Source of the DNA: an uncultured bacterium
GTDB taxonomy: Bacteria; Bacillota_I; Bacilli_A; RFN20; CAG-826
DNA: 64,000 nucleotides
Direction of reading: 5' to 3'
Assembly (NCBI GenBank): GCA_949285665.1
Contig: CASDYC010000001.1
Location: forward strand, 456,107-520,106
Position numbers and translations under genes: made by a program. Positions 38,858-47,241 of this stretch are shown here, one piece after another (position 1 is the first letter of the stretch; each line of letters opens with the position of its first letter). The notes beneath the pieces were generated by a model. The model saw only the letters and a program-made list of their open reading frames with translations, made no database searches and was not told the origin of the DNA.

Positions 38858-39740
38858 TTTTCTTTTTTGATAAATAATAAAAAATCTCGTATAACCCTTT
38901 TATTGCTAAATATGATGTAATATCGTTAATATCGAGTTTTGGAGAAACTTCAACTAGATCAAGAGAAATACAGTTTAAATATCTTATTAAATTACAAATA
39001 ATTTTAATAACTGTTAAATTATCAATGCCAAATGGCTCTGGAGTACCTGTTCCTGGGGCATAACTTGGATCATTTATATCTATATCATATGATATATGAA
39101 TAAGATATTTATCGCTAGAATATTTATTAACTAAATATTCAACTAAAGCATCTGTTTTTAGTTTTAAAACATCGCTTGTTTTAAAAACATCAATTTTAGG
39201 ATGCTTTTTTAAAAATTCAACTTCTTGTAATTCAAAACCTCTTGCTCCAATTATTGTTAAGTTTTCATCTTTTAAACCATAATCTAAGCTTCTTTTATTT
39301 GGACAAGCATGCGAATATAAATTATCTTCATAAATATCACAAATATCTGGATGAGCATCAAAATGAATTACGACTGGGATTTTATTTAATTTTTTTGCAT
39401 AATCAATAAATGCTCTTTCAGAAGCAATTGAAATTGAATGATCTCCCCCTAAAAAGACATTAAATTTATTCTTATTATATATATCAAAAATTTTATCTTG
39501 AATAACTTTAAAATCTTCATCTAAAATATCGCCATTATCAAATAATTTTACATTTTCAATTAAATATCCATCCATTGATAAAGCTGGAACCATAATTGAT
39601 AATTCTCTAATATGACTTGGAGCAAGACTTGCTCCTTTTCCAATTGATGCATTTTTATCTAATGGGATACCAGTTAAAATTATATCTGCATCATTTAAAT
39701 TTTTTGTTAATAAACCTCGAAATTCCTCGCAATTCTTCAT
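38844..39740 (-). CDS. Arginase/agmatinase/formiminoglutamase-family ureohydrolase
   Basis: Binuclear Mn ligand motifs GGDHSISIA, HFDAHPD and SYDIDINDPSYAPGTGTPEPFG. Substrate specificity cannot be determined from the sequence. Confidence 0.7.
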   Translation of the reverse strand: MKNCEEFRGLLTKNLNDADIILTGIPLDKNASIGKGASLAPSHIRELSIMVPALSMDGYLIENVKLFDNGDILDEDFKVIQDKIFDIYNKNKFNVFLGGDHSISIASERAFIDYAKKLNKIPVVIHFDAHPDICDIYEDNLYSHACPNKRSLDYGLKDENLTIIGARGFELQEVEFLKKHPKIDVFKTSDVLKLKTDALVEYLVNKYSSDKYLIHISYDIDINDPSYAPGTGTPEPFGIDNLTVIKIICNLIRYLNCISLDLVEVSPKLDINDITSYLAIKGLYEIFYYLSKKKNGMD

Positions 39741-40123
39741 TATTTTGCACCTCTTCTATTCCAAAATCCACCTATAAATATCATAAAACCTAAAACTATA
39801 TTAACAATTGTATCAATTATTCGATAATTATATGTCAAGTTTGATTCAACATTTAAAAATGTTAAAGAATAAAAAATTCCAAATCCAATAATTAATAAAC
39901 CTAATCCTAGATCGGCTTCTAAAAATCGATTTTTCTTAAATAAATATAATGAATATATAGAAATAACAAGTTTAGCAGTTATATCAAAAAAGGCAATTAA
40001 ATTATCTAAAAAAGTTGATTCTTTAACATAATATGCACCATAGAGAACAATTTGACAAATAGCTATAATAATTAAAGCTATTGATGCACAACAAATAAAT
40101 AATTTGCCGATTGTTTTAAACAT
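39740..40123 (-). CDS. Small membrane protein (127 aa, about 4 TM) of unknown function
   Basis: Hydrophobicity only. Its stop overlaps the arginase-family start by 1 nt. Confidence 0.35.
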   Translation of the reverse strand: MFKTIGKLFICCASIALIIIAICQIVLYGAYYVKESTFLDNLIAFFDITAKLVISIYSLYLFKKNRFLEADLGLGLLIIGFGIFYSLTFLNVESNLTYNYRIIDTIVNIVLGFMIFIGGFWNRRGAK

Positions 40124-40129
40124 ATTTTA

Positions 40130-40507
40130 TTAAAATTCCCATCTATGTGGTAATAATTCTGATAATTTATATACTTTATCATTTAATAAAATTTCTGTAT
40201 TTAAATTATCATTATCAATTTGGACCATAAATTCACGACACCTTCCACAAGGTGGAACTATATCATGTTTTACACTAACTGCAACTAATTTCGCAATCTT
40301 TGTTTCATTATTTGTTAACATTGTTCCAATAGCATTTGCTTCTGCACAATAACCCATTGAACATGCTGTATCAATATTAATACCAGTATAAACATTACCA
40401 TCCACTGTTTCTAAAGCACAAGCAACTTGTCCAATTTCTGTATTTCTTGAAGTAGTTCTTGGATTTAATGTCTTTTTAGCAATTTCATATAATTGTTTAA
40501 ATTCCAT
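40130..40507 (-). CDS. cdd: Cytidine deaminase (homotetrameric type)
   Basis: Zinc motifs CAEANAI and PCGRCREF. 125 aa. Confidence 0.8.
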   Translation of the reverse strand: MEFKQLYEIAKKTLNPRTTSRNTEIGQVACALETVDGNVYTGINIDTACSMGYCAEANAIGTMLTNNETKIAKLVAVSVKHDIVPPCGRCREFMVQIDNDNLNTEILLNDKVYKLSELLPHRWEF

Positions 40508-40674
40508 ATTAATACCTCGGGCATATATAATACCATAAATTTGATAATTTTTTAAGTGTTAATAATGATTGTCATATTTATATTACTTAAAAAATTTCTG
40601 CATTAACTAAAAGTTAATACACAAATGTGAATTGTGCGTTCATAATAATAAAATATTTTTAACGGAGGTGTGTT

Positions 40675-43029
40675 ATGAAGAAAAATTTACTAACAATTGC
40701 AAGTGCATTGTTATTGTCAATTTCTTTAGCTTCCTGTGATGGTCGAACCGTTGATGGTTCATCAAGTACTGCTACGTCTGATACAGCTACTACTACAACC
40801 ACAGGTACAACAACTACTGGTACAACAACTACTGGTACAACCACAACTACTACAACTACTACTTCCGTCCATACAATGGATGAAGTATTAGCTCAACTTA
40901 AAGGCGTTTTAAGTTTAAAAGGCGATTTGTCAATGCTAGTTAAGGAAAATGGCATTGTCGTTTCTAGTCAAAAATCTGTTTTAGAAGTATTAGTTTCTCC
41001 ATCTCATTACTTTAATAGAGAAACAGGTGATTCTTTCTACATTACAGATATGTATTTAGCAGAAGATGGAACAACTGTTGAAAAATCAGTTGATCCTACA
41101 ACTGGAGAAGTAAGTGAATCTGCTTCTTATTATGATATTGCTGAGTATCAAAACCCATTTGCTGATTTAACAGTTGATGATTTAACACTTGGTGCAAATC
41201 ATCAAGTCGCAATAACATTAACTGAAGATGAATTTACAAAAGCTGGTGCTGTATTAACAATGTATGGCGAAGCTTCTGTTACTTTCCAAACAGCTGTATT
41301 AACAATTGATGATGATTACATGATTACAGAAATGACATTTACTGGAGTTAGCAGCGAAGGTGTCGAATCAAAGTTTGCTTGTTCTGTAATTGATGAAAGT
41401 GAATTAAGTATTCCAGTTTATGAAAGAACTGAAACACATGAAGAAATCGATTCATTATTTAGTGAACTTAAAAAAGGTAATTATACTTTTGCAGTTGAAG
41501 ATAGTGCTGGTGTAGCTTTTGAAACTAAAGTTACTTCTGAAGGTTTTATTATTGATGATCAACAAGGATATATTTTAACAGATGAAGGTTTAGCTGATTT
41601 TGAAGTCGTTGATGGAAAATTAGTTGGTTCATCCCCAGCAACAAGCTTAACAATGGCTGATGTTGTTCCTCCATTTGATTATTTATCTTCAATGTTTGAT
41701 AAAGATGGAGATGTTTATACACTTCCAGCTGGTCTTGGATTAGATTTTGCAATTGAAAATATTTTACCAGAAGCTGCAATATATGATCCTCTTGGCTATG
41801 GTATTGTTTTAGTAGATGATGGTTCATATACATTAACAAATAATCAAGATGGAACTTGGGCTGCTTCATATACTTCTTCTGATCCATTATTTGGATCACA
41901 AGTAACAGTTGAAGTTACAATTTCGGAAATTGGTACAACATTATTTGGTTACACTTTAGAAGATTATGTTGAACCAGCACCACAAACTTCATGGGCAGAT
42001 GTTGATTATGCTCTTGAATTATTAGAACTAGCTGGTATTGCAGAAGAAGATTTACCATTCTATTTACCAGAAGGTGGTTTCTGGCAACTTGATACAGAAA
42101 ATCTTTCTGACTTAATTTTACTCTTACCAAGTGATGTAACTGCTACTCAAGCTCTTACTACTTATACAAGTATGTTAGTTAATGCTGGTTGGGAGCAAAC
42201 ATCTACTAGTGATTATGGAACAAGTTTCTCATTAGATACTGGTGAGCCAGGAAAACTTATTGGTAATATTACATTAGAAGCATATGATGAAGATGGTTTA
42301 TTTGTAATTTGGTTTGAAGATCCAACTCTTCCAGAAACAGAAAATAAAGTAGGACCTTGGATTGATGAACACTTTGCAGATTCAGCAACAATTAACTATA
42401 CAATGGAATTTGATTCTACTTTATATTATTATGAAGTTGATCAAGAAACTCAAATTAAATTAGATGATGTTGCAGATGGAAGTCAAGAATTTGGAACTTC
42501 AAGATTTATGTATACAAAAGATGCAATGCTTACTGGTAAAGTAAGTGAAACTAATGCATTTACACCAAGTGTATTATACTTAAATACTACTAGCGGATTA
42601 TCAATTTATACATATTCAACCGGAGAACCAACACTTGCTCAATCATATCCAGATTATACTTATCAAGCTAATGCTGTTTATACAATGGCTGATTTAGTTG
42701 GTATGGAATCATTATTAGCACTTAATGAAGATGGAACACAAGTTGAGGTTATGGATGAATATGATCTATATTACATTCTTGAAATGACTCAATTTGCTTT
42801 GACCTCTGGTGGAGAAGAAGTTGAATTAACACCTGTTAAATGCGTTATGACACTAGATGAAACTGCAAATGAACTTCAATTCACATTAACATTAGAAGAT
42901 CAAAATTATCTATGGTGGTTAGATCAAGCTCAAACTAAACTTGCATGTATGGAAGTTGAAATTGTAGGTACAATTAAAGCAATTGGAACTACTACAATTG
43001 ATGAAACATACTTACCAAGTAGTCTATAA
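40675..43029 (+). CDS. Large surface lipoprotein with a Thr-rich low-complexity linker (paralog 1)
   Basis: Lipoprotein signal MKKNLLTIASALLLSISLASC. It is followed by DTATTTTTGTTTTGTTTTGTTTTTTTT and then a ~700-aa acidic D/E/T-rich domain. RBS GGAGGTG. Confidence 0.7.
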   Translation: MKKNLLTIASALLLSISLASCDGRTVDGSSSTATSDTATTTTTGTTTTGTTTTGTTTTTTTTTSVHTMDEVLAQLKGVLSLKGDLSMLVKENGIVVSSQKSVLEVLVSPSHYFNRETGDSFYITDMYLAEDGTTVEKSVDPTTGEVSESASYYDIAEYQNPFADLTVDDLTLGANHQVAITLTEDEFTKAGAVLTMYGEASVTFQTAVLTIDDDYMITEMTFTGVSSEGVESKFACSVIDESELSIPVYERTETHEEIDSLFSELKKGNYTFAVEDSAGVAFETKVTSEGFIIDDQQGYILTDEGLADFEVVDGKLVGSSPATSLTMADVVPPFDYLSSMFDKDGDVYTLPAGLGLDFAIENILPEAAIYDPLGYGIVLVDDGSYTLTNNQDGTWAASYTSSDPLFGSQVTVEVTISEIGTTLFGYTLEDYVEPAPQTSWADVDYALELLELAGIAEEDLPFYLPEGGFWQLDTENLSDLILLLPSDVTATQALTTYTSMLVNAGWEQTSTSDYGTSFSLDTGEPGKLIGNITLEAYDEDGLFVIWFEDPTLPETENKVGPWIDEHFADSATINYTMEFDSTLYYYEVDQETQIKLDDVADGSQEFGTSRFMYTKDAMLTGKVSETNAFTPSVLYLNTTSGLSIYTYSTGEPTLAQSYPDYTYQANAVYTMADLVGMESLLALNEDGTQVEVMDEYDLYYILEMTQFALTSGGEEVELTPVKCVMTLDETANELQFTLTLEDQNYLWWLDQAQTKLACMEVEIVGTIKAIGTTTIDETYLPSSL
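40789..40863 (+). repeat. Tandem 15-nt repeat (ggtacaacaactact) encoding GTTTT units within a Thr-rich linker
   Basis: Two perfect 15-nt copies at 40804-40833. Degenerate copies extend through 40863. Confidence 0.6.
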
Positions 43030-43038
43030 ATAAAAACA

Positions 43039-43066
43039 AAAGGCTTTGTGTTTTTCAAAGCCTTTT
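43039..43066 (+). terminator. Terminator of lipoprotein gene 1
   Basis: aaaggctttg-tgttttt-caaagcctttt hairpin followed by a T-run. A second imperfect hairpin (atgtttaaaggcc...ggtctttaaacat) lies at 43081-43113. Confidence 0.6.
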
Positions 43067-43187
43067 CACTTATTAAAAAAATGTTTAAAGGCCTTAAATA
43101 GGTCTTTAAACATGATTAGGGTTTTAATATTTTTAACTAAATATTTCTATATATTTAAAAAAAATTATGTAATTGAAAGGAGATTTT

Positions 43188-45635
43188 ATGAAAAATAAAT
43201 TACTAATTTTTGCAACAGCTATCTTATTTAGTATTACATTAGCATCTTGTGATAATAACACAACTTCTTTAAGTAATACTACAACTAGCACTCAAACAAC
43301 AACTCAAACGACAACTACTACAACTACAACTACTACTACAACAACAACTAGTATTGATCCCGCAACAGTTTTAAGTAATGTTTTAAATCAATTAAAGTCA
43401 CCAATTTCATACGATGGAAAAATTGTTTTAAAACAAAATGGTATTGTTTTATCTCAAATGCATATTTATGGCTATCAAGGTGTTGGTGAAGTTTATATTA
43501 ATAGAGATGGCACAGCAATTCACTTATTTAAAGATGAAACTGGTTATGCAGTTCAAAAAATGATTAATCCTTTAAAAAATGAAGTTGTTAGTGTGCCACT
43601 TACATCTTCTTCGCAATATGTTTTATATGATGAATATGTATTTAATCCATTCCTTAGCTTAACTGCCGATGACTTAGTTTTAAGTGGTAATGAAATTACA
43701 ATTACTGCAACTCAAGAAAATGGTCTTGCTCAATCTTTAAGATATTTTGCTTTTTATACTGATGAGATGAAAGAAGTAAAATTAACTATTGATGATGTTG
43801 GGACAATTTTAAAAGTTGAATTATCAAGTGATAATATTACTTATACAGCAGATATTGTTGATAAAGAAACAATTAATGTTCCAGTAATTGAAGCAAAACA
43901 AGCAACTTCTGATCATCAAAAATTAACAGATTTATTTACTGAATTAGAAAAAGGTAATTATACGGTATCTTATAAATCTGTTTATGAAGATGGTACAGAA
44001 AGCATTGAATTAACATCATTTGATTTTAAATTAACTCCTGATGGTTTATTAACTTCTACTGGTCAAGGGTTCTTAGAAACTGATGATGGATTAGTTCAAG
44101 TTGAAGTAACAGATGATAATAAACTTCAAGGTGTTAGTTTACCAGATGATAGTGTTTCAATTCTTGATGATTTTGTAAATCCATTTTCTCAATTTAAAGC
44201 AGAGACTTTTGATTATGAAAATAACATATTTACTTTACCAGAATATATTGATTATGATTATTTAACATATATTCTTCCAGAAATACAATTTGTTTATAGT
44301 AGTACTTTTGGTTATGAAGTAACTCCAGGTAGTTTATCAATTACATTTAATGAAGATAATACTTATACAATTAATTATGAATATATTTATTATACATATA
44401 ATGATGATTATGAACTTGTATATGTTCCATTAAATGTTACAACAGTAATCTCTAATGTTGGAACTACTTCTTTAGGTTATACATTAGATGATTATATTCC
44501 AAAACCAAGACAAAATTCTTGGAGTGATGTTGAAGGAGCTTCTGATCTATTAGAAACTTATTCGATTCCAAGTGATTTACTTCCATTTTATTTACCAGAT
44601 GAAGCAGATGAATGGTACATTTATAGTGACATTTATTCTGGTGATAGTTTATGTTTATCATTCCCAACCGGTGATAATTTAGCAGCTCATTATGCTGAAT
44701 ATAAAAAATTATTAGAAGCAAAGGGTTGGCAATCTCAAGGTGTTGATGATTATGATGAAGAAAAATTTACATATACAACATCTGAAGGTACAATTTTAAA
44801 AATTGGTCTTGTGCAAGTAGAACAAACTGGTCAATATGAATATTACGAAATTGATATTTATTTATATGCTCCAGAAATTGCATCAGAGATCTCAAATTAT
44901 GTAAATGAAAATATTGTTAATAAACATAACTACACACTTACTGGTACATTAGTTGAAACTTATACTGAAGTTGATGCTGATGGAAATACTGTCGAAAATG
45001 GAATAGTCATCGAAAATACTTTAGTTGATGGTTTGACAACTTATGTAACTGAAGATGCTTATTATCAATATATAGAAACTGAAAAAGGAAAAGCAGGCGT
45101 TCTTTATAAAGAAACTCAAAGTAATGGCACCATAAATACTGAAGGATATATTGCAATGACAGATGATCCAAATGGAGAATTAACTTTCCAATATTCCGAA
45201 GATTTATCAATTGACGATTGGGAATTATATTTATGGGTTTATACATTAGATGATGTATTTAATGGATATACTCCACTAGTTGTTGAAGATGACTACACAC
45301 TTGTTGGAAATGAAGGTCAAGGATATTATGGATTTAACGTTTTTTCAGAAGTATTATCTCTTATAATGTTCCCAGAAGATGCTGGATTTGAATTGGATTC
45401 ACTTTTATCTGAAGAAACTTTATTAAAAATTGATGAAATAGATCCAGATTCAATTATTGTAACAATGGATCCAGAAACAAAAGCCATTCAATTAGTTATT
45501 TCTTGTTTTAGTGAATCTGGTGTTACTATTGACGAACAAGAAGGAAAAACATTTAATCATACTATTGAATTAATCGTTGATGTCTCTGATATTGGTACAA
45601 CAACAATCGATCTTGATTCATTTAATATTCAATAA
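43188..45635 (+). CDS. Large surface lipoprotein with a Thr-rich low-complexity linker (paralog 2)
   Basis: Signal MKNKLLIFATAILFSITLASC. Linker TSTQTTTQTTTTTTTTTTTTTT. It shares conserved blocks with paralog 1 (ELEKGNYT..., SW.DV.....LLE......LPFYLP...). Start at ATG 43188, preceded by AAAGGAG. The ORF-track TTG start at 43173 is rejected. Confidence 0.7.
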   Translation: MKNKLLIFATAILFSITLASCDNNTTSLSNTTTSTQTTTQTTTTTTTTTTTTTTSIDPATVLSNVLNQLKSPISYDGKIVLKQNGIVLSQMHIYGYQGVGEVYINRDGTAIHLFKDETGYAVQKMINPLKNEVVSVPLTSSSQYVLYDEYVFNPFLSLTADDLVLSGNEITITATQENGLAQSLRYFAFYTDEMKEVKLTIDDVGTILKVELSSDNITYTADIVDKETINVPVIEAKQATSDHQKLTDLFTELEKGNYTVSYKSVYEDGTESIELTSFDFKLTPDGLLTSTGQGFLETDDGLVQVEVTDDNKLQGVSLPDDSVSILDDFVNPFSQFKAETFDYENNIFTLPEYIDYDYLTYILPEIQFVYSSTFGYEVTPGSLSITFNEDNTYTINYEYIYYTYNDDYELVYVPLNVTTVISNVGTTSLGYTLDDYIPKPRQNSWSDVEGASDLLETYSIPSDLLPFYLPDEADEWYIYSDIYSGDSLCLSFPTGDNLAAHYAEYKKLLEAKGWQSQGVDDYDEEKFTYTTSEGTILKIGLVQVEQTGQYEYYEIDIYLYAPEIASEISNYVNENIVNKHNYTLTGTLVETYTEVDADGNTVENGIVIENTLVDGLTTYVTEDAYYQYIETEKGKAGVLYKETQSNGTINTEGYIAMTDDPNGELTFQYSEDLSIDDWELYLWVYTLDDVFNGYTPLVVEDDYTLVGNEGQGYYGFNVFSEVLSLIMFPEDAGFELDSLLSEETLLKIDEIDPDSIIVTMDPETKAIQLVISCFSESGVTIDEQEGKTFNHTIELIVDVSDIGTTTIDLDSFNIQ

Positions 45636-45654
45636 AATTAACTAAAAACTTATA

Positions 45655-45690
45655 AAAAAGAATTCTTAGCAATTTCTAAGAATTCTTTTT
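45655..45690. terminator. Bidirectional terminator between the convergent lipoprotein 2 and hydrogenase genes
   Basis: aagaattcttag-caattt-ctaagaattctt is a perfect 12-bp stem with a flanking A-run and T-run. Confidence 0.65.
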
Positions 45691-45738
45691 AATTTTTGGA
45701 AAATAATGAATTTTTATTACGACTTATTTAGTAGAAGA

Positions 45739-47151
45739 TTATTTAATATCTTCTACTGCTTGTTTAATAGATTCTTTTTGTGAAGTTTTTCCATATCTTT
45801 CAACAGACATTTTATCTTTTAATTCATGAGTTAAATTACATGGCCCTCCAACACAGCCTCCAACACAAGCCATACCTTCAATAAAGTTTCCGTCTAAGGT
45901 TCCATTTTTCATCTTGTTTAAAGCATCTCTACAAGCAGGAATTCCATCACATGGTACAGATTTTGCAATAAAATCAATATTTTGTTCTTTTAATGATTCA
46001 TTAATTGCATCTGTTAATCCACCACATCTTGCAAATATTCTTCCAAAATATGATGCATCATTTAATTGATCTTCTTTTAAGAGTTTCATATCAATTTCAT
46101 AAGCATCAATTAATGCTTGCAATTCTTCAAAAGTCATTGCAGAATCAATATATTTTTTAACTTTTTCATCTTTTATTTCTTGTTTTTTAGCAGTACATGG
46201 ACCAATAAAAACAATATAAGAATCAGGATATTTTTGCTTCATAACTTCTCCAATACATGCCATTGGAGATAAACTTGAAGAAATATTTTCAACTAAACTT
46301 GGAAAGTTCTTTTTAATATAAGAAACAAATGCTGGACAACATGAAGAAGTTAATTTTCCTTTTTCAGTTAATTCTTTTCCTTCATGAAGAGCAACAATAT
46401 CAGCACCTAGTGCAGCTTCAACAACTAAATCAAATCCTAGTTCTTTAATGGCAGATACGACTTGTCCAGTTTTAACTTCATAAAAGTTTGAACTAATTGA
46501 TGGAGCAATTACAGCAATCTTTTTGATATTTTCATCATTTAAATGATCAATTATATCTAAAATATATGAATCATCTACAACAGCTCCAAATGGACACATG
46601 TATACACAGTTTCCACATTGTATGCATTTATTGTCATCAATAATTGCATGTCCATCTTCACTTGAGTGAATTGCGTGAGTTTTGCAGGATTTTTCACAAG
46701 GTCTTATTCTATTTTCAATTGCATTATAAGGACAATTTTTAGCACATAATCCACAATTTATACACATCTCTTTATTAATATGTGCTCGTTGATTTTCATC
46801 AAAATAAATTGCTTTTTTAGGACATGATTGTTCGCATCGATGAGCAATACAACCTCTACAAGCATCGCCAATAAAATATCCACCAAGAGGACATTCATCA
46901 CACGCAATTGGAATAACTTTAATTACATTAGAATCATTTTTTTCTTTAGCTTTTAAAATTAAAGACATTCTTTCTTCAACTATTGCTCTTTCTTTATAAA
47001 TACAACATCTCATGGATGGTTTTGGACCTGGAACAATAATCTTAGGAATTTCTAATAATTTTTCTTTTAATTGATTATTTTTATAAGCAATAGCAACTTC
47101 TTTTAAAATTCTATATCTTAATTCTTGGACTCTTGTGTCAAATTTTGGCAT
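45739..47151 (-). CDS. [FeFe]-hydrogenase-family protein (N-terminal multi-[4Fe-4S] domain plus a compact H-cluster domain with non-canonical motifs)
   Basis: Ferredoxin-like motifs CINCGLCAKNCP and CIQCGNCVYMCP plus additional Cys clusters. H-cluster motifs TSSCCPAFVSYI (P1-like), IGPCTAKKQEI (P2-like) and EGMACVGGCVGGPCN (P3-like). RBS AAAGGAG. Confidence 0.7.
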   Translation of the reverse strand: MPKFDTRVQELRYRILKEVAIAYKNNQLKEKLLEIPKIIVPGPKPSMRCCIYKERAIVEERMSLILKAKEKNDSNVIKVIPIACDECPLGGYFIGDACRGCIAHRCEQSCPKKAIYFDENQRAHINKEMCINCGLCAKNCPYNAIENRIRPCEKSCKTHAIHSSEDGHAIIDDNKCIQCGNCVYMCPFGAVVDDSYILDIIDHLNDENIKKIAVIAPSISSNFYEVKTGQVVSAIKELGFDLVVEAALGADIVALHEGKELTEKGKLTSSCCPAFVSYIKKNFPSLVENISSSLSPMACIGEVMKQKYPDSYIVFIGPCTAKKQEIKDEKVKKYIDSAMTFEELQALIDAYEIDMKLLKEDQLNDASYFGRIFARCGGLTDAINESLKEQNIDFIAKSVPCDGIPACRDALNKMKNGTLDGNFIEGMACVGGCVGGPCNLTHELKDKMSVERYGKTSQKESIKQAVEDIK

Positions 47152-47175
47152 ATCAAACTCCTTTAAAAATATATA

Positions 47176-47199
47176 GGCATAAGATAATTCTTATGCCTA
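47176..47199 (-). terminator. Terminator downstream of adhE, also the 5' leader of the hydrogenase gene
   Basis: aggcataaga-taat-tcttatgcct is a perfect 10-bp stem. On the minus strand it is followed by AUAUAUUUUU. Confidence 0.55.
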
Positions 47200-47241
47200 C
47201 AAATTATTATACTATAAATTTCAAGTTAACTTAAATTACAA

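Noticed and set aside
40636-40660. Rex/CRP-like half-palindrome aaTGTGAAttgtgcgTTCAtAa upstream of lipoprotein gene 1
   Set aside because: The spacing of 7 nt between half-sites fits neither the Rex consensus (4) nor CRP (6), and the right half is imperfect. It is probably chance in AT-rich DNA.
40659-40844. Minus-strand ORF encoding MVVPVVVVPVVVV
   Set aside because: It is the antisense reading of the Thr-rich (ACA/ACT) tandem repeat of lipoprotein 1 and an artefact of repeat composition.
10995-43187. ORF-track N-terminal extensions using GTG or TTG or upstream ATG starts (10995 MFIM.., 43173 MKGDFM.., 38042 MLAEVTM.., 10808 MAYHLF.., 9166 MLKISI..)
   Set aside because: In each case a downstream ATG with a good Shine-Dalgarno sequence (GAGGTG, AAAGGAG, GGAGGTG, AAGGGGGT) gives a protein starting at the expected conserved N-terminus or signal peptide. 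The 38042 start would lie inside the TPP riboswitch.
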